Shown one piece after another: positions 1 to 12,700 of a DNA stretch of 64,000 nucleotides. A program made the position numbers and the translations under genes. The notes beneath the pieces were generated by a model that saw only the letters and a program-made list of their open reading frames with translations, was not told where the DNA came from and made no database searches. Position 1 is the first letter of the stretch; every line of letters begins with the position of its first letter. The DNA is taken from NCBI GenBank assembly GCA_964016885.1, contig OZ024740.1, positions 251,224,001 to 251,288,000 of the forward strand, read 5' to 3'. The stretch comes from Eledone cirrhosa. Taxonomy: Eukaryota.

Positions 1-169
1 ACGGCTGGAAATTATCTCCCCTTGATTTTTTTTACAAATTATCTCCCCCTGATTTTTTTTACAAATTATCTCCCCTGATTTTTTTTTACAAATTATCTCC
101 CCCTGATTTTTTTTTACAAATTATCTCCCCCTGATTTTTTTTACAAATTATCTCCCCCTGATTTTTTTA

Positions 170-420
170 CAAATTATCTCCCCTTGGCTGGCTGGAAATT
201 ATCTCCCCTTGGAGGCAGGAATTTATCTCCCCTTGGACGGCTAGAAATTACCTCTCCTTGGACGGCTGGAAAATATGTCTCCTTGGACGGCTGGAAATTA
301 TCTCCCCTTGGACGGCTGGAAATTATCTCCCCTTGGACGGCTGGAAATTATCTCCCCTTGGACGGCTAGAAATTACCTCTCCTTGGACGGCTGAAAATTA
401 TCTCCCCTTGGACGGCTGGA
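170..420 (+). repeat. Example A-type block: about 10 tandem copies of the 25-bp monomer AAATTATCTCCCCTTGGACGGCTGG
   Basis: Read directly. The 25-bp period is visible, with variants such as GGCTGGCTGG, GGAGGCAGG, GGCTAG-AAATTACCTCTCC and AAAATATGTCTCC. Confidence 0.95.
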
Positions 421-3280
421 AATTATCTCCCCCTGATTTTTTTTACAAATTATCTCCCCCTGATTTTTTTTACAAATTATCTCCGCCTGATTTTTTTAAA
501 TATTATCTCTCCTTGGCTGGCGGGAAATTATCTCCCCTTGGACGGCTGCAAATTATCTCCGCTTGATTTTTTTTACAAATTATCTTCCCCTGATTTTTTT
601 TTACAAATTATCTCCCCCTGATTTTTTTTACAAATTATCTCCCCTGATTTTTTTTTACAAATTATCTCCCCCTGATTTTTTTTTACAAATTATCTCCCCC
701 TGATTTTTTTTTTACAAATTATCTCCCCCTGATTTTTTTACAAATTATCTCCCCCTGATTTTTTTTACAATCTCCGCCTGATTTTTTTAAAAATTATCTT
801 CCCTTGGCTGGCGGGAAATTATCTCCCCTTGGACGGCTGGAAATTATCTCCCCTTGGAAGGATGGAAATTATCTCCCCTTGGACGGCTGGAAATTATCTC
901 CCCTTGCACGGCTGGAAATTATCTCCCCTTGGCTGGAAATTATCTCCCCTTGGACGGCTAGAAATTATCTCTCTTTGGATGGCTGGAAATTATCTCCCTT
1001 TGATTTTTTTTACAAATTATCTCCCTCTGATTTTTTTTACAAATCTCCCCCTGATTTTTTTTTACAAATTATCTCCCCCTGATTTTTTTTACAAACTATC
1101 GCCCCTGATTTTTTTACAAATTATCTCCCCTTGGCTGGCTGGAAATTATCTCCCCTTGGAGGCTGGAATTTATCTCCCCTTGGACGGCTGGAAATTACCT
1201 CTCCTTGGACGGCTGAAAATTATCTCCCCTTGGACGGCTGGAAATTATCTCCCCTTGATTTTTTTACAAATTATCTCCCCCTGATTTTTTTTTTACAAAT
1301 TATCTCCCCCTGATTTTTTTTACAAATTATCTACGCCTGATTTTTTTAAATATTATCTCTCCTTGGCTGGCGGGAAATTATCTCCCCTTGGAAGGATGGA
1401 AATTATCTCCCCTTGGACGGCTGGAAATTATCTCCCCTTGCACTGCTGGAAATTATCTCCCCTTGGACGGCTGGAAATTATCTGCCCTTGATTTTGTTTT
1501 TACAAATTATCTTCCCCTGATTATTTTTACAAATTATCTCCACCTGATTTTTTAAAAAATTATCTCCCCTTGGACGGCTGGAAATTATCTCCCCTTGGCT
1601 GGAAATTATCTCCCCTTGGACGGCTAGAAATTATCTCTCTTTGGACGGCTGGAAATTATCTCCCCTTGATTTTTTTTACAAATTATCTCCCCCTGATTTT
1701 TTTTACAAATTATCTCCCCATGATTTTTAAAAAAAAAATTATCTCCCCTTCGCTGGCTGGAAATTATCTCCCCTTGGACGCTGGAAATTATAGCCCCTTG
1801 GAGGGCTGGAAATTATCTTCCCTTGGACGGCTGGAAATTATCTCCCCTTGATTTTTTTTTACAAATTATCTCCCCCTGATTTTTTTTTACAAATTATCTC
1901 CCCCTGATTTTTTTTTTACAAATTATCTCCGCCTGATTTTTTTAAAAAAATTATCTCCCCTTGGACGGCTGGAAATTATCTCCCCTTGGACGGCTGGAAA
2001 TTATCTCCCCTTGGACGGCTAGAAATTACCTCTCCTTGGACGGCTGAAAATTATCTCCCCTTGGACGGCTGCAAATTATCTCCCCTTGATTTTTTTTACA
2101 AATTATCCCCCCATGATTTTTAAAAAAAAAATTATCTCCCCTTCGCTGGCTGGAAATTATCTCCCCTTGGACGCTGGAAATTATAGCCCCTTGGAGGGCT
2201 GGAAATTATCTTCCCTTGGACGGCTGGAAATTATCTCCCCTTGATTTTTTTTACAAATTATCTCCCCCTGATTTTTTTTTACAAATTATCTCCCACTGAT
2301 TTTTTTTTACAAATTATCTCCCCCTGATTTTTTTTTTACAAATTATCTCCGCCTGATTTTTTAAAAAAAATTATCTCCCCTTGGACGGCTGGAAATTATC
2401 TCCCCTTGGACGGCTGGAAATTATCTCCCCTTGGACGGCTAGAAATTACCTCTCCTTGGACGGCTGAAAATTATCTCCCCTTGGACGGCTGCAAATTATC
2501 TCCCCTTGATTTTTTTTACAAATTATCTCCCCCTGATTTTTTTTACAAATTATCTCCCCCTGATTTTTTTTACAAATTATCTCCCCCTGATTTTTTTTTA
2601 CAAATTATCTCCCCCTGATTTTTTTTTACAAATTATCTCCCCCTGATTTTTTTTACAAATTATCTCCCCCTGATTTTTTTTACAAATTATCTCCCCCTGA
2701 TTTTTTTTACAATCTCCGCCTGATTTTTTAAAAAATTATCTTCCCTTGGCTGGCGGGAAATTATCTCCCCTTGGACGGCTGGAAATTATCTCCCCTTGGA
2801 CGGCTAGAAATTATCTCTCTTTGGACGGCTGGAAATTATCTCCCCTTGATTTTTTTTACAAATTATCTCCCCCTGATTTTTTTTACAAATTATCCCCGCA
2901 TGATTTTTAAAAAAAAAATTATCTCCCCTTCGCTGGCTGGAAATTATCTCCCCTTGGACGCTGGAAATTATAGCCCCTTGGAGGGCTGGAAATTATCTTC
3001 CCTTGGACGGCTGGAAATTATCTCCCCTTGATTTTTTTTACAAATTATCTCCCCCTGATTTTTTTTTACAAATTATCTCCCCCTGATTTTTTTTTACAAA
3101 TTATCTCCCCCTGATTTTTTTTTTTACAAATTATCTCCGCCTGATTTTTAAAAAAAAATTATCTCCCCTTGGACGGCTGGAAATTATCTCCCCTTGGACG
3201 GCTGGAAATTATCTCCCCTTGGACGGCTAGAAATTACCTCTCCTTGGACGGCTGAAAATTATCTCCCCTTGGACGGCTGC

Positions 3281-3720
3281 AAATTATCTCCCCTTGATTT
3301 TTTTTACAAATTATCTCCCCCTGATTTTTTTTACAAATTATCTCCCCCTGATTTTTTTTACAAATTATCTCCCCCTGATTTTTTTTTACAAATTATCTCC
3401 CCCTGATTTTTTTTTACAAATTATCTCCCCCTGATTTTTTTTACAAATTATCTCCCCCTGATTTTTTTTACAAATTATCTCCCCCTGATTTTTTTTAATA
3501 AATTATCTCCCCTTGATTTTTTTTTACAAATTATCTCCCCCTGATTTTTTTTTACAAATTATCTCCCCCTGATTTTTTTACAAATTATCTCCCCCTGATT
3601 TTTTTTACAAATTATCTCCCCCTGATTTTTTTTACAAATTATCTCCCCTTGATTTTTTTTTACAAATTATCTCCCCCTGATTTTTTTTTTACAAATTATC
3701 TCCCCCTGATTTTTTTAAAA
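3281..3720 (+). repeat. Example long B-type block: about 16 tandem copies of AAATTATCTCCCCCTGA(T)7-10AC
   Basis: Read directly. Equivalent long B blocks occur near 8.8, 14.2, 18.2, 23.9, 26.4, 29.5, 37.7, 45.1, 50.8, 57.4, 59.9 and 63.2 kb. Confidence 0.95.
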
Positions 3721-6700
3721 ATTATCTTCCCTTGGCTGTCGGGAAATTATCTCCCCTTGGACGGCTGGAAATTATCTCCCCTTGGAAGGATGTAAATTAT
3801 CTCCCCTTGGACGGCTGGAAATTATCTCCCCTTGCACGGCTGGAAATTATCTCCCCTTGATTTTTTTTACAAATTATCTCCCCCTGATTTTTTTTTACAA
3901 ATTATCTCCCCCTGATTTTTTTTTTACAAATTATCTCCCCCTGATTTTTTTTACAAATTATCTCCCCCTGATTTAAAAAAAAAAAATTATCTCCCCTTCG
4001 CTGGCTGGAAATTATCTCCGCTTGGACGCTGGAAATTATAGCCCCTTGGAGGGCTGGAAATTATCTTCCCTTGGACGGCTGGAAATTATCTTCCCTTGGA
4101 CGGCTGGAAATTATCTCCCCTTGATTTTTTTTACAAATTATCTCCCCCTGATTTTTTTTTACAAATTATCTCCCCCTGATTTTTTTTTACAAATTATCTC
4201 CCCCTGATTTTTTTTTTACAAATTATCTCCGCTTGATTTTTAAAAAAAAATTATCTCCCCTTGGACGGCTGGAAATTATCTCCCCTTGGACGGCTGGAAA
4301 TTATCTCCCCTTGGACGGCTAGAAATTATCTCTCCTTGGACGGCTGAAAATTATCTCCCCTTGGACGGCTGCAAATTATCTCCCCTTGATTTTTTTTACA
4401 AATTATCTCCCCCTGATTTTTTTTTACAAATTATCTCCCCCTCATTTTTTTTACAAATTATCTACCCCTGATTTTTTTTACAAATTATCTCCCCCTGATT
4501 TTTTTTTACAAATTATCTCCCCCTGATTTTTTTTTACAAATTATCTCCCCCTGATTTTTTTTTTACAAATTATCTTCCCCTGATTTTTTTACAAATTATC
4601 TCCCCCTGATTTTTTTTTACAAATTATCTCCCCCTGATTTTTTTTTTACAAATTATCTCCCTCTGATTTTTTTTACAAATCTCCCCGTGATTTTTTTTTA
4701 CAAATTATCTCCCCCTGATTTTTTTTACAAACTATCGCCCCTGATTTTTTTACAAATTATCTCCCCTTGGCTGGCTGGAAATTATCTCCCCTTGGAGGCT
4801 GGAATTTATCTCCCCTTGGACGGCTAGAAATTACCTCTCCTTGGACGGCTGGAAAATATGTCTCCTTGGACGGCTGGAAATTATCTCCCCTTGGACGGCT
4901 GGAAATTACCTCTCCTTGGACGGCTGAAAATTATCTCCCCTTGGACGGCTGGAAATTATCTCCCCTTGATTTTTTTACAAATTATCTCCCCCTGATTTTT
5001 TTTTACAAATTATCTCCCCCTGATTTTTTTTACAAATTATCTACGCCTGATTTTTTTAAATATTATCTCTCCTTGGCTGGCGGGAAATTATCTCCCCTTG
5101 GAAGGATGGAAATTATCTCCCCTTGACGGCTGGAAATTATCTCCCCTTGCACTGCTGGAAATTATCTCCCCTTGGACGGCTGGAAATTATCTGCCCTTGA
5201 TTTTGTTTTTACAAATTATCTTCCCCTGATTATTTTTACAAATTATCTCCACCTGATTTTTTAAAAAATTATCTCCCCTTGGACGGCTGGAAATTATCTC
5301 CCCTTGGCTGGAAATTATCTCCCCTTGGACGGCTAGAAATTATCTCTCTTTGGACGGCTGGAAATTATCTCCCCTTGATTTTTTTTACAACTTATCTCCG
5401 CCTGATTTTTTTTAAAAAATCATCTCCCCTTGGACGGCTGGAAATTATCTCCCCTTGGACGGCTGGAAATTATCTCTCCTTGGACGGCTAGAAATTACCT
5501 CTCCTTGGATAATTGAAAATTATCTCCCCTTGGACGGCTGGAAATTATCTCCCCTTGATTTTTTTTACAAATTATCTCCCCCTGATTTTTTTTACAAATT
5601 ATCTCCCCTGATTTTTTTTTACAAATTATCTCCCCCTGATTTTTTTTTACAAATTATCTCCCCCTGATTTTTTTACAAATTATCTCCCCCTGATTTTTTT
5701 ACAAATTATCTCCCCTTGGCTGGCTGGAAATTATCTCCCCTTGGAGGCAGGAATTTATCTCCCCTTGGACGGCTAGAAATTACCTCTCCTTGGACGGCTG
5801 GAAAATATGTCTCCTTGGACGGCTGGAAATTATCTCCCCTTGGACGGCTGGAAATTATCTCCCCTTGGACGGCTGGAAATTATCTCCCCTTGGACGGCTA
5901 GAAATTACCTCTCCTTGGACGGCTGAAAATTATCTCCCCTTGGACGGCTGGAAATTATCTCCCCCTGATTTTTTTTACAAATTATCTCCGCCTGATTTTT
6001 TTAAATATTATCTCTCCTTGGCTGGCGGGAAATTATCTCCCCTTGGACGGCTGCAAATTATCTCCGCTTGATTTTTTTTACAAATTATCTTCCCCTGATT
6101 TTTTTTTACAAATTATCTCCCCCTGATTTTTTTTACAAATTATCTCCCCTGATTTTTTTTTACAAATTATCTCCCCCTGATTTTTTTTTACAAATTATCT
6201 CCCCCTGATTTTTTTTTTACAAATTATCTCCCCCTGATTTTTTTACAAATTATCTCCCCCTGATTTTTTTTACAATCTCCGCCTGATTTTTTTAAAAATT
6301 ATCTTCCCTTGGCTGGCGGGAAATTATCTCCCCTTGGACGGCTGGAAATTATCTCCCCTTGGAAGGATGGAAATTATCTCCCCTTGGACGGCTGGAAATT
6401 ATCTCCCCTTGCACGGCTGGAAATTATCTCCCCTTGGCTGGAAATTATCTCCCCTTGGACGGCTAGAAATTATCTCTCTTTGGATGGCTGGAAATTATCT
6501 CCCTTTGATTTTTTTTACAAATTATCTCCCTCTGATTTTTTTTACTAATCTCCCCCTGATTTTTTTTTACAAATTATCTCCCCCTGATTTTTTTTACAAA
6601 CTATCGCCCCTGATTTTTTTACAAATTATCTCCCCTTGGCTGGCTGGAAATTATCTCCCCTTGGAGGCTGGAATTTATCTCCCCTTGGACGGCTGGAAAT

Positions 6701-9700
6701 TACCTCTCCTTGGACGGCTGAAAATTATCTCCCCTTGGACGGCTGGAAATTATCTCCCCTTGATTTTTTTACAAATTATCTCCCCCTGATTTTTTTTTTA
6801 CAAATTATCTCCCCCTGATTTTTTTTACAAATTATCTACGCCTGATTTTTTTAAATATTATCTCTCCTTGGCTGGCGGGAAATTATCTCCCCTTGGAAGG
6901 ATGGAAATTATCTCCCCTTGGACGGCTGGAAATTATCTCCCCTTGCACTGCTGGAAATTATCTCCCCTTGGACGGCTGGAAATTATCTGCCCTTGATTTT
7001 GTTTTTACAAATTATCTTCCCCTGATTATTTTTACAAATTATCTCCACCTGATTTTTTAAAAAATTATCTCCCCTTGGACGGCTGGAAATTATCTCCCCT
7101 TGGCTGGAAATTATCTCCCCTTGGACGGCTAGAAATTATCTCTCTTTGGACGGCTGGAAATTATCTCCCCTTGATTTTTTTTACAAATTATCTCCCCCTG
7201 ATTTTTTTTACAAATTATCTCCCCATGATTTTTAAAAAAAAAATTATCTCCCCTTCGCTGGCTGGAAATTATCTCCCCTTGGACGCTGGAAATTATAGCC
7301 CCTTGGAGGGCTGGAAATTATCTTCCCTTGGACGGCTGGAAATTATCTCCCCTTGATTTTTTTTACAAATTATCTCCCCCTGATTTTTTTTTACAAATTA
7401 TCTCCCCCTGATTTTTTTTTTACAAATTATCTCCGCCTGATTTTTTTAAAAAAATTATCTCCCCTTGGACGGCTGGAAATTATCTCCCCTTGGACGGCTG
7501 GAAATTATCTCCCCTTGGACGGCTAGAAATTACCTCTCCTTGGACGGCTGAAAATTATCTCCCCTTGGACGGCTGCAAATTATCTCCCCTTGATTTTTTT
7601 TACAAATTATCCCCCCATGATTTTTAAAAAAAAAATTATCTCCCCTTCGCTGGCTGGAAATTATCTCCCCTTGGACGCTGGAAATTATAGCCCCTTGGAG
7701 GGCTGGAAATTATCTTCCCTTGGACGGCTGGAAATTATCTCCCCTTGATTTTTTTTACAAATTATCTCCCCCTGATTTTTTTTTACAAATTATCTCCCAC
7801 TGATTTTTTTTTACAAATTATCTCCCCCTGATTTTTTTTTTACAAATTATCTCCGCCTGATTTTTTAAAAAAAATTATCTCCCCTTGGACGGCTGGAAAT
7901 TATCTCCCCTTGGACGGCTGGAAATTATCTCCCCTTGGACGGCTAGAAATTACCTCTCCTTGGACGGCTGAAAATTATCTCCCCTTGGACGGCTGCAAAT
8001 TATCTCCCCTTGATTTTTTTTACAAATTATCTCCCCCTGATTTTTTTTACAAATTATCTCCCCCTGATTTTTTTTACAAATTATCTCCCCCTGATTTTTT
8101 TTTACAAATTATCTCCCCCTGATTTTTTTTTACAAATTATCTCCCCCTGATTTTTTTTACAAATTATCTCCCCCTGATTTTTTTTACAAATTATCTCCCC
8201 CTGATTTTTTTTACAATCTCCGCCTGATTTTTTAAAAAATTATCTTCCCTTGGCTGGCGGGAAATTATCTCCCCTTGGACGGCTGGAAATTATCTCCCCT
8301 TGGACGGCTAGAAATTATCTCTCTTTGGACGGCTGGAAATTATCTCCCCTTGATTTTTTTTACAAATTATCTCCCCCTGATTTTTTTTACAAATTATCCC
8401 CGCATGATTTTTAAAAAAAAAATTATCTCCCCTTCGCTGGCTGGAAATTATCTCCCCTTGGACGCTGGAAATTATAGCCCCTTGGAGGGCTGGAAATTAT
8501 CTTCCCTTGGACGGCTGGAAATTATCTCCCCTTGATTTTTTTTACAAATTATCTCCCCCTGATTTTTTTTTACAAATTATCTCCCCCTGATTTTTTTTTA
8601 CAAATTATCTCCCCCTGATTTTTTTTTTTACAAATTATCTCCGCCTGATTTTTAAAAAAAAATTATCTCCCCTTGGACGGCTGGAAATTATCTCCCCTTG
8701 GACGGCTGGAAATTATCTCCCCTTGGACGGCTAGAAATTACCTCTCCTTGGACGGCTGAAAATTATCTCCCCTTGGACGGCTGCAAATTATCTCCCCTTG
8801 ATTTTTTTTACAAATTATCTCCCCCTGATTTTTTTTACAAATTATCTCCCCCTGATTTTTTTTACAAATTATCTCCCCCTGATTTTTTTTTACAAATTAT
8901 CTCCCCCTGATTTTTTTTTACAAATTATCTCCCCCTGATTTTTTTTACAAATTATCTCCCCCTGATTTTTTTTACAAATTATCTCCCCCTGATTTTTTTT
9001 AATAAATTATCTCCCCTTGATTTTTTTTTACAAATTATCTCCCCCTGATTTTTTTTTACAAATTATCTCCCCCTGATTTTTTTACAAATTATCTCCCCCT
9101 GATTTTTTTTACAAATTATCTCCCCCTGATTTTTTTTACAAATTATCTCCCCTTGATTTTTTTTTACAAATTATCTCCCCCTGATTTTTTTTTTACAAAT
9201 TATCTCCCCCTGATTTTTTTAAAAATTATCTTCCCTTGGCTGTCGGGAAATTATCTCCCCTTGGACGGCTGGAAATTATCTCCCCTTGGAAGGATGTAAA
9301 TTATCTCCCCTTGGACGGCTGGAAATTATCTCCCCTTGCACGGCTGGAAATTATCTCCCCTTGATTTTTTTTACAAATTATCTCCCCCTGATTTTTTTTT
9401 ACAAATTATCTCCCCCTGATTTTTTTTTTACAAATTATCTCCCCCTGATTTTTTTTACAAATTATCTCCCCCTGATTTAAAAAAAAAAAATTATCTCCCC
9501 TTCGCTGGCTGGAAATTATCTCCGCTTGGACGCTGGAAATTATAGCCCCTTGGAGGGCTGGAAATTATCTTCCCTTGGACGGCTGGAAATTATCTTCCCT
9601 TGGACGGCTGGAAATTATCTCCCCTTGATTTTTTTTACAAATTATCTCCCCCTGATTTTTTTTTACAAATTATCTCCCCCTGATTTTTTTTTACAAATTA

Positions 9701-12700
9701 TCTCCCCCTGATTTTTTTTTTACAAATTATCTCCGCTTGATTTTTAAAAAAAAATTATCTCCCCTTGGACGGCTGGAAATTATCTCCCCTTGGACGGCTG
9801 GAAATTATCTCCCCTTGGACGGCTAGAAATTATCTCTCCTTGGACGGCTGAAAATTATCTCCCCTTGGACGGCTGCAAATTATCTCCCCTTGATTTTTTT
9901 TACAAATTATCTCCCCCTGATTTTTTTTTACAAATTATCTCCCCCTCATTTTTTTTACAAATTATCTACCCCTGATTTTTTTTACAAATTATCTCCCCCT
10001 GATTTTTTTTTACAAATTATCTCCCCCTGATTTTTTTTTACAAATTATCTCCCCCTGATTTTTTTTTTACAAATTATCTTCCCCTGATTTTTTTACAAAT
10101 TATCTCCCCCTGATTTTTTTTTACAAATTATCTCCCCCTGATTTTTTTTTTACAAATTATCTCCCTCTGATTTTTTTTACAAATCTCCCCCTGATTTTTT
10201 TTTACAAATTATCTCCCCCTGATTTTTTTTACAAACTATCGCCCCTGATTTTTTTACAAATTATCTCCCCTTGGCTGGCTGGAAATTATCTCCCCTTGGA
10301 GGCTGGAATTTATCTCCCCTTGGACGGCTAGAAATTACCTCTCCTTGGACGGCTGGAAAATATGTCTCCTTGGACGGCTGGAAATTATCTCCCCTTGGAC
10401 GGCTGGAAATTACCTCTCCTTGGACGGCTGAAAATTATCTCCCCTTGGACGGCTGGAAATTATCTCCCCTTGATTTTTTTACAAATTATCTCCCCCTGAT
10501 TTTTTTTTACAAATTATCTCCCCCTGATTTTTTTTACAAATTATCTACGCCTGATTTTTTTAAATATTATCTCTCCTTGGCTGGCGGGAAATTATCTCCC
10601 CTTGGAAGGATGGAAATTATCTCCCCTTGACGGCTGGAAATTATCTCCCCTTGCACTGCTGGAAATTATCTCCCCTTGGACGGCTGGAAATTATCTGCCC
10701 TTGATTTTGTTTTTACAAATTATCTTCCCCTGATTATTTTTACAAATTATCTCCACCTGATTTTTTAAAAAATTATCTCCCCTTGGACGGCTGGAAATTA
10801 TCTCCCCTTGGCTGGAAATTATCTCCCCTTGGACGGCTAGAAATTATCTCTCTTTGGACGGCTGGAAATTATCTCCCCTTGATTTTTTTTACAACTTATC
10901 TCCGCCTGATTTTTTTTAAAAAATCATCTCCCCTTGGACGGCTGGAAATTATCTCCCCTTGGACGGCTGGAAATTATCTCTCCTTGGACGGCTAGAAATT
11001 ACCTCTCCTTGGATAATTGAAAATTATCTCCCCTTGGACGGCTGGAAATTATCTCCCCTTGATTTTTTTTACAAATTATCTCCCCCTGATTTTTTTTACA
11101 AATTATCTCCCCTGATTTTTTTTTACAAATTATCTCCCCCTGATTTTTTTTTACAAATTATCTCCCCCTGATTTTTTTACAAATTATCTCCCCCTGATTT
11201 TTTTACAAATTATCTCCCCTTGGCTGGCTGGAAATTATCTCCCCTTGGAGGCAGGAATTTATCTCCCCTTGGACGGCTAGAAATTACCTCTCCTTGGACG
11301 GCTGGAAAATATGTCTCCTTGGACGGCTGGAAATTATCTCCCCTTGGACGGCTGGAAATTATCTCCCCTTGGACGGCTGGAAATTATCTCCCCTTGGACG
11401 GCTAGAAATTACCTCTCCTTGGACGGCTGAAAATTATCTCCCCTTGGACGGCTGGAAATTATCTCCCCCTGATTTTTTTTACAAATTATCTCCGCCTGAT
11501 TTTTTTAAATATTATCTCTCCTTGGCTGGCGGGAAATTATCTCCCCTTGGACGGCTGCAAATTATCTCCGCTTGATTTTTTTTACAAATTATCTTCCCCT
11601 GATTTTTTTTTACAAATTATCTCCCCCTGATTTTTTTTACAAATTATCTCCCCTGATTTTTTTTTACAAATTATCTCCCCCTGATTTTTTTTTACAAATT
11701 ATCTCCCCCTGATTTTTTTTTTACAAATTATCTCCCCCTGATTTTTTTACAAATTATCTCCCCCTGATTTTTTTTACAATCTCCGCCTGATTTTTTTAAA
11801 AATTATCTTCCCTTGGCTGGCGGGAAATTATCTCCCCTTGGACGGCTGGAAATTATCTCCCCTTGGAAGGATGGAAATTATCTCCCCTTGGACGGCTGGA
11901 AATTATCTCCCCTTGCACGGCTGGAAATTATCTCCCCTTGGCTGGAAATTATCTCCCCTTGGACGGCTAGAAATTATCTCTCTTTGGATGGCTGGAAATT
12001 ATCTCCCTTTGATTTTTTTTACAAATTATCTCCCTCTGATTTTTTTTACTAATCTCCCCCTGATTTTTTTTTACAAATTATCTCCCCCTGATTTTTTTTA
12101 CAAACTATCGCCCCTGATTTTTTTACAAATTATCTCCCCTTGGCTGGCTGGAAATTATCTCCCCTTGGAGGCTGGAATTTATCTCCCCTTGGACGGCTGG
12201 AAATTACCTCTCCTTGGACGGCTGAAAATTATCTCCCCTTGGACGGCTGGAAATTATCTCCCCTTGATTTTTTTACAAATTATCTCCCCCTGATTTTTTT
12301 TTTACAAATTATCTCCCCCTGATTTTTTTTACAAATTATCTACGCCTGATTTTTTTAAATATTATCTCTCCTTGGCTGGCGGGAAATTATCTCCCCTTGG
12401 AAGGATGGAAATTATCTCCCCTTGGACGGCTGGAAATTATCTCCCCTTGCACTGCTGGAAATTATCTCCCCTTGGACGGCTGGAAATTATCTGCCCTTGA
12501 TTTTGTTTTTACAAATTATCTTCCCCTGATTATTTTTACAAATTATCTCCACCTGATTTTTTAAAAAATTATCTCCCCTTGGACGGCTGGAAATTATCTC
12601 CCCTTGGCTGGAAATTATCTCCCCTTGGACGGCTAGAAATTATCTCTCTTTGGACGGCTGGAAATTATCTCCCCTTGATTTTTTTTACAAATTATCTCCC

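Noticed and set aside
20-180. Poly-T tracts as intrinsic or Pol III terminators
   Set aside because: There is no preceding GC hairpin or transcription unit. The tracts are simply part of the B monomer.
3281-3720. Phased A-tract bent DNA like kinetoplast minicircles
   Set aside because: Tracts recur every ~27 bp (about 2.6 turns), out of helical phase, so the bends should largely cancel.
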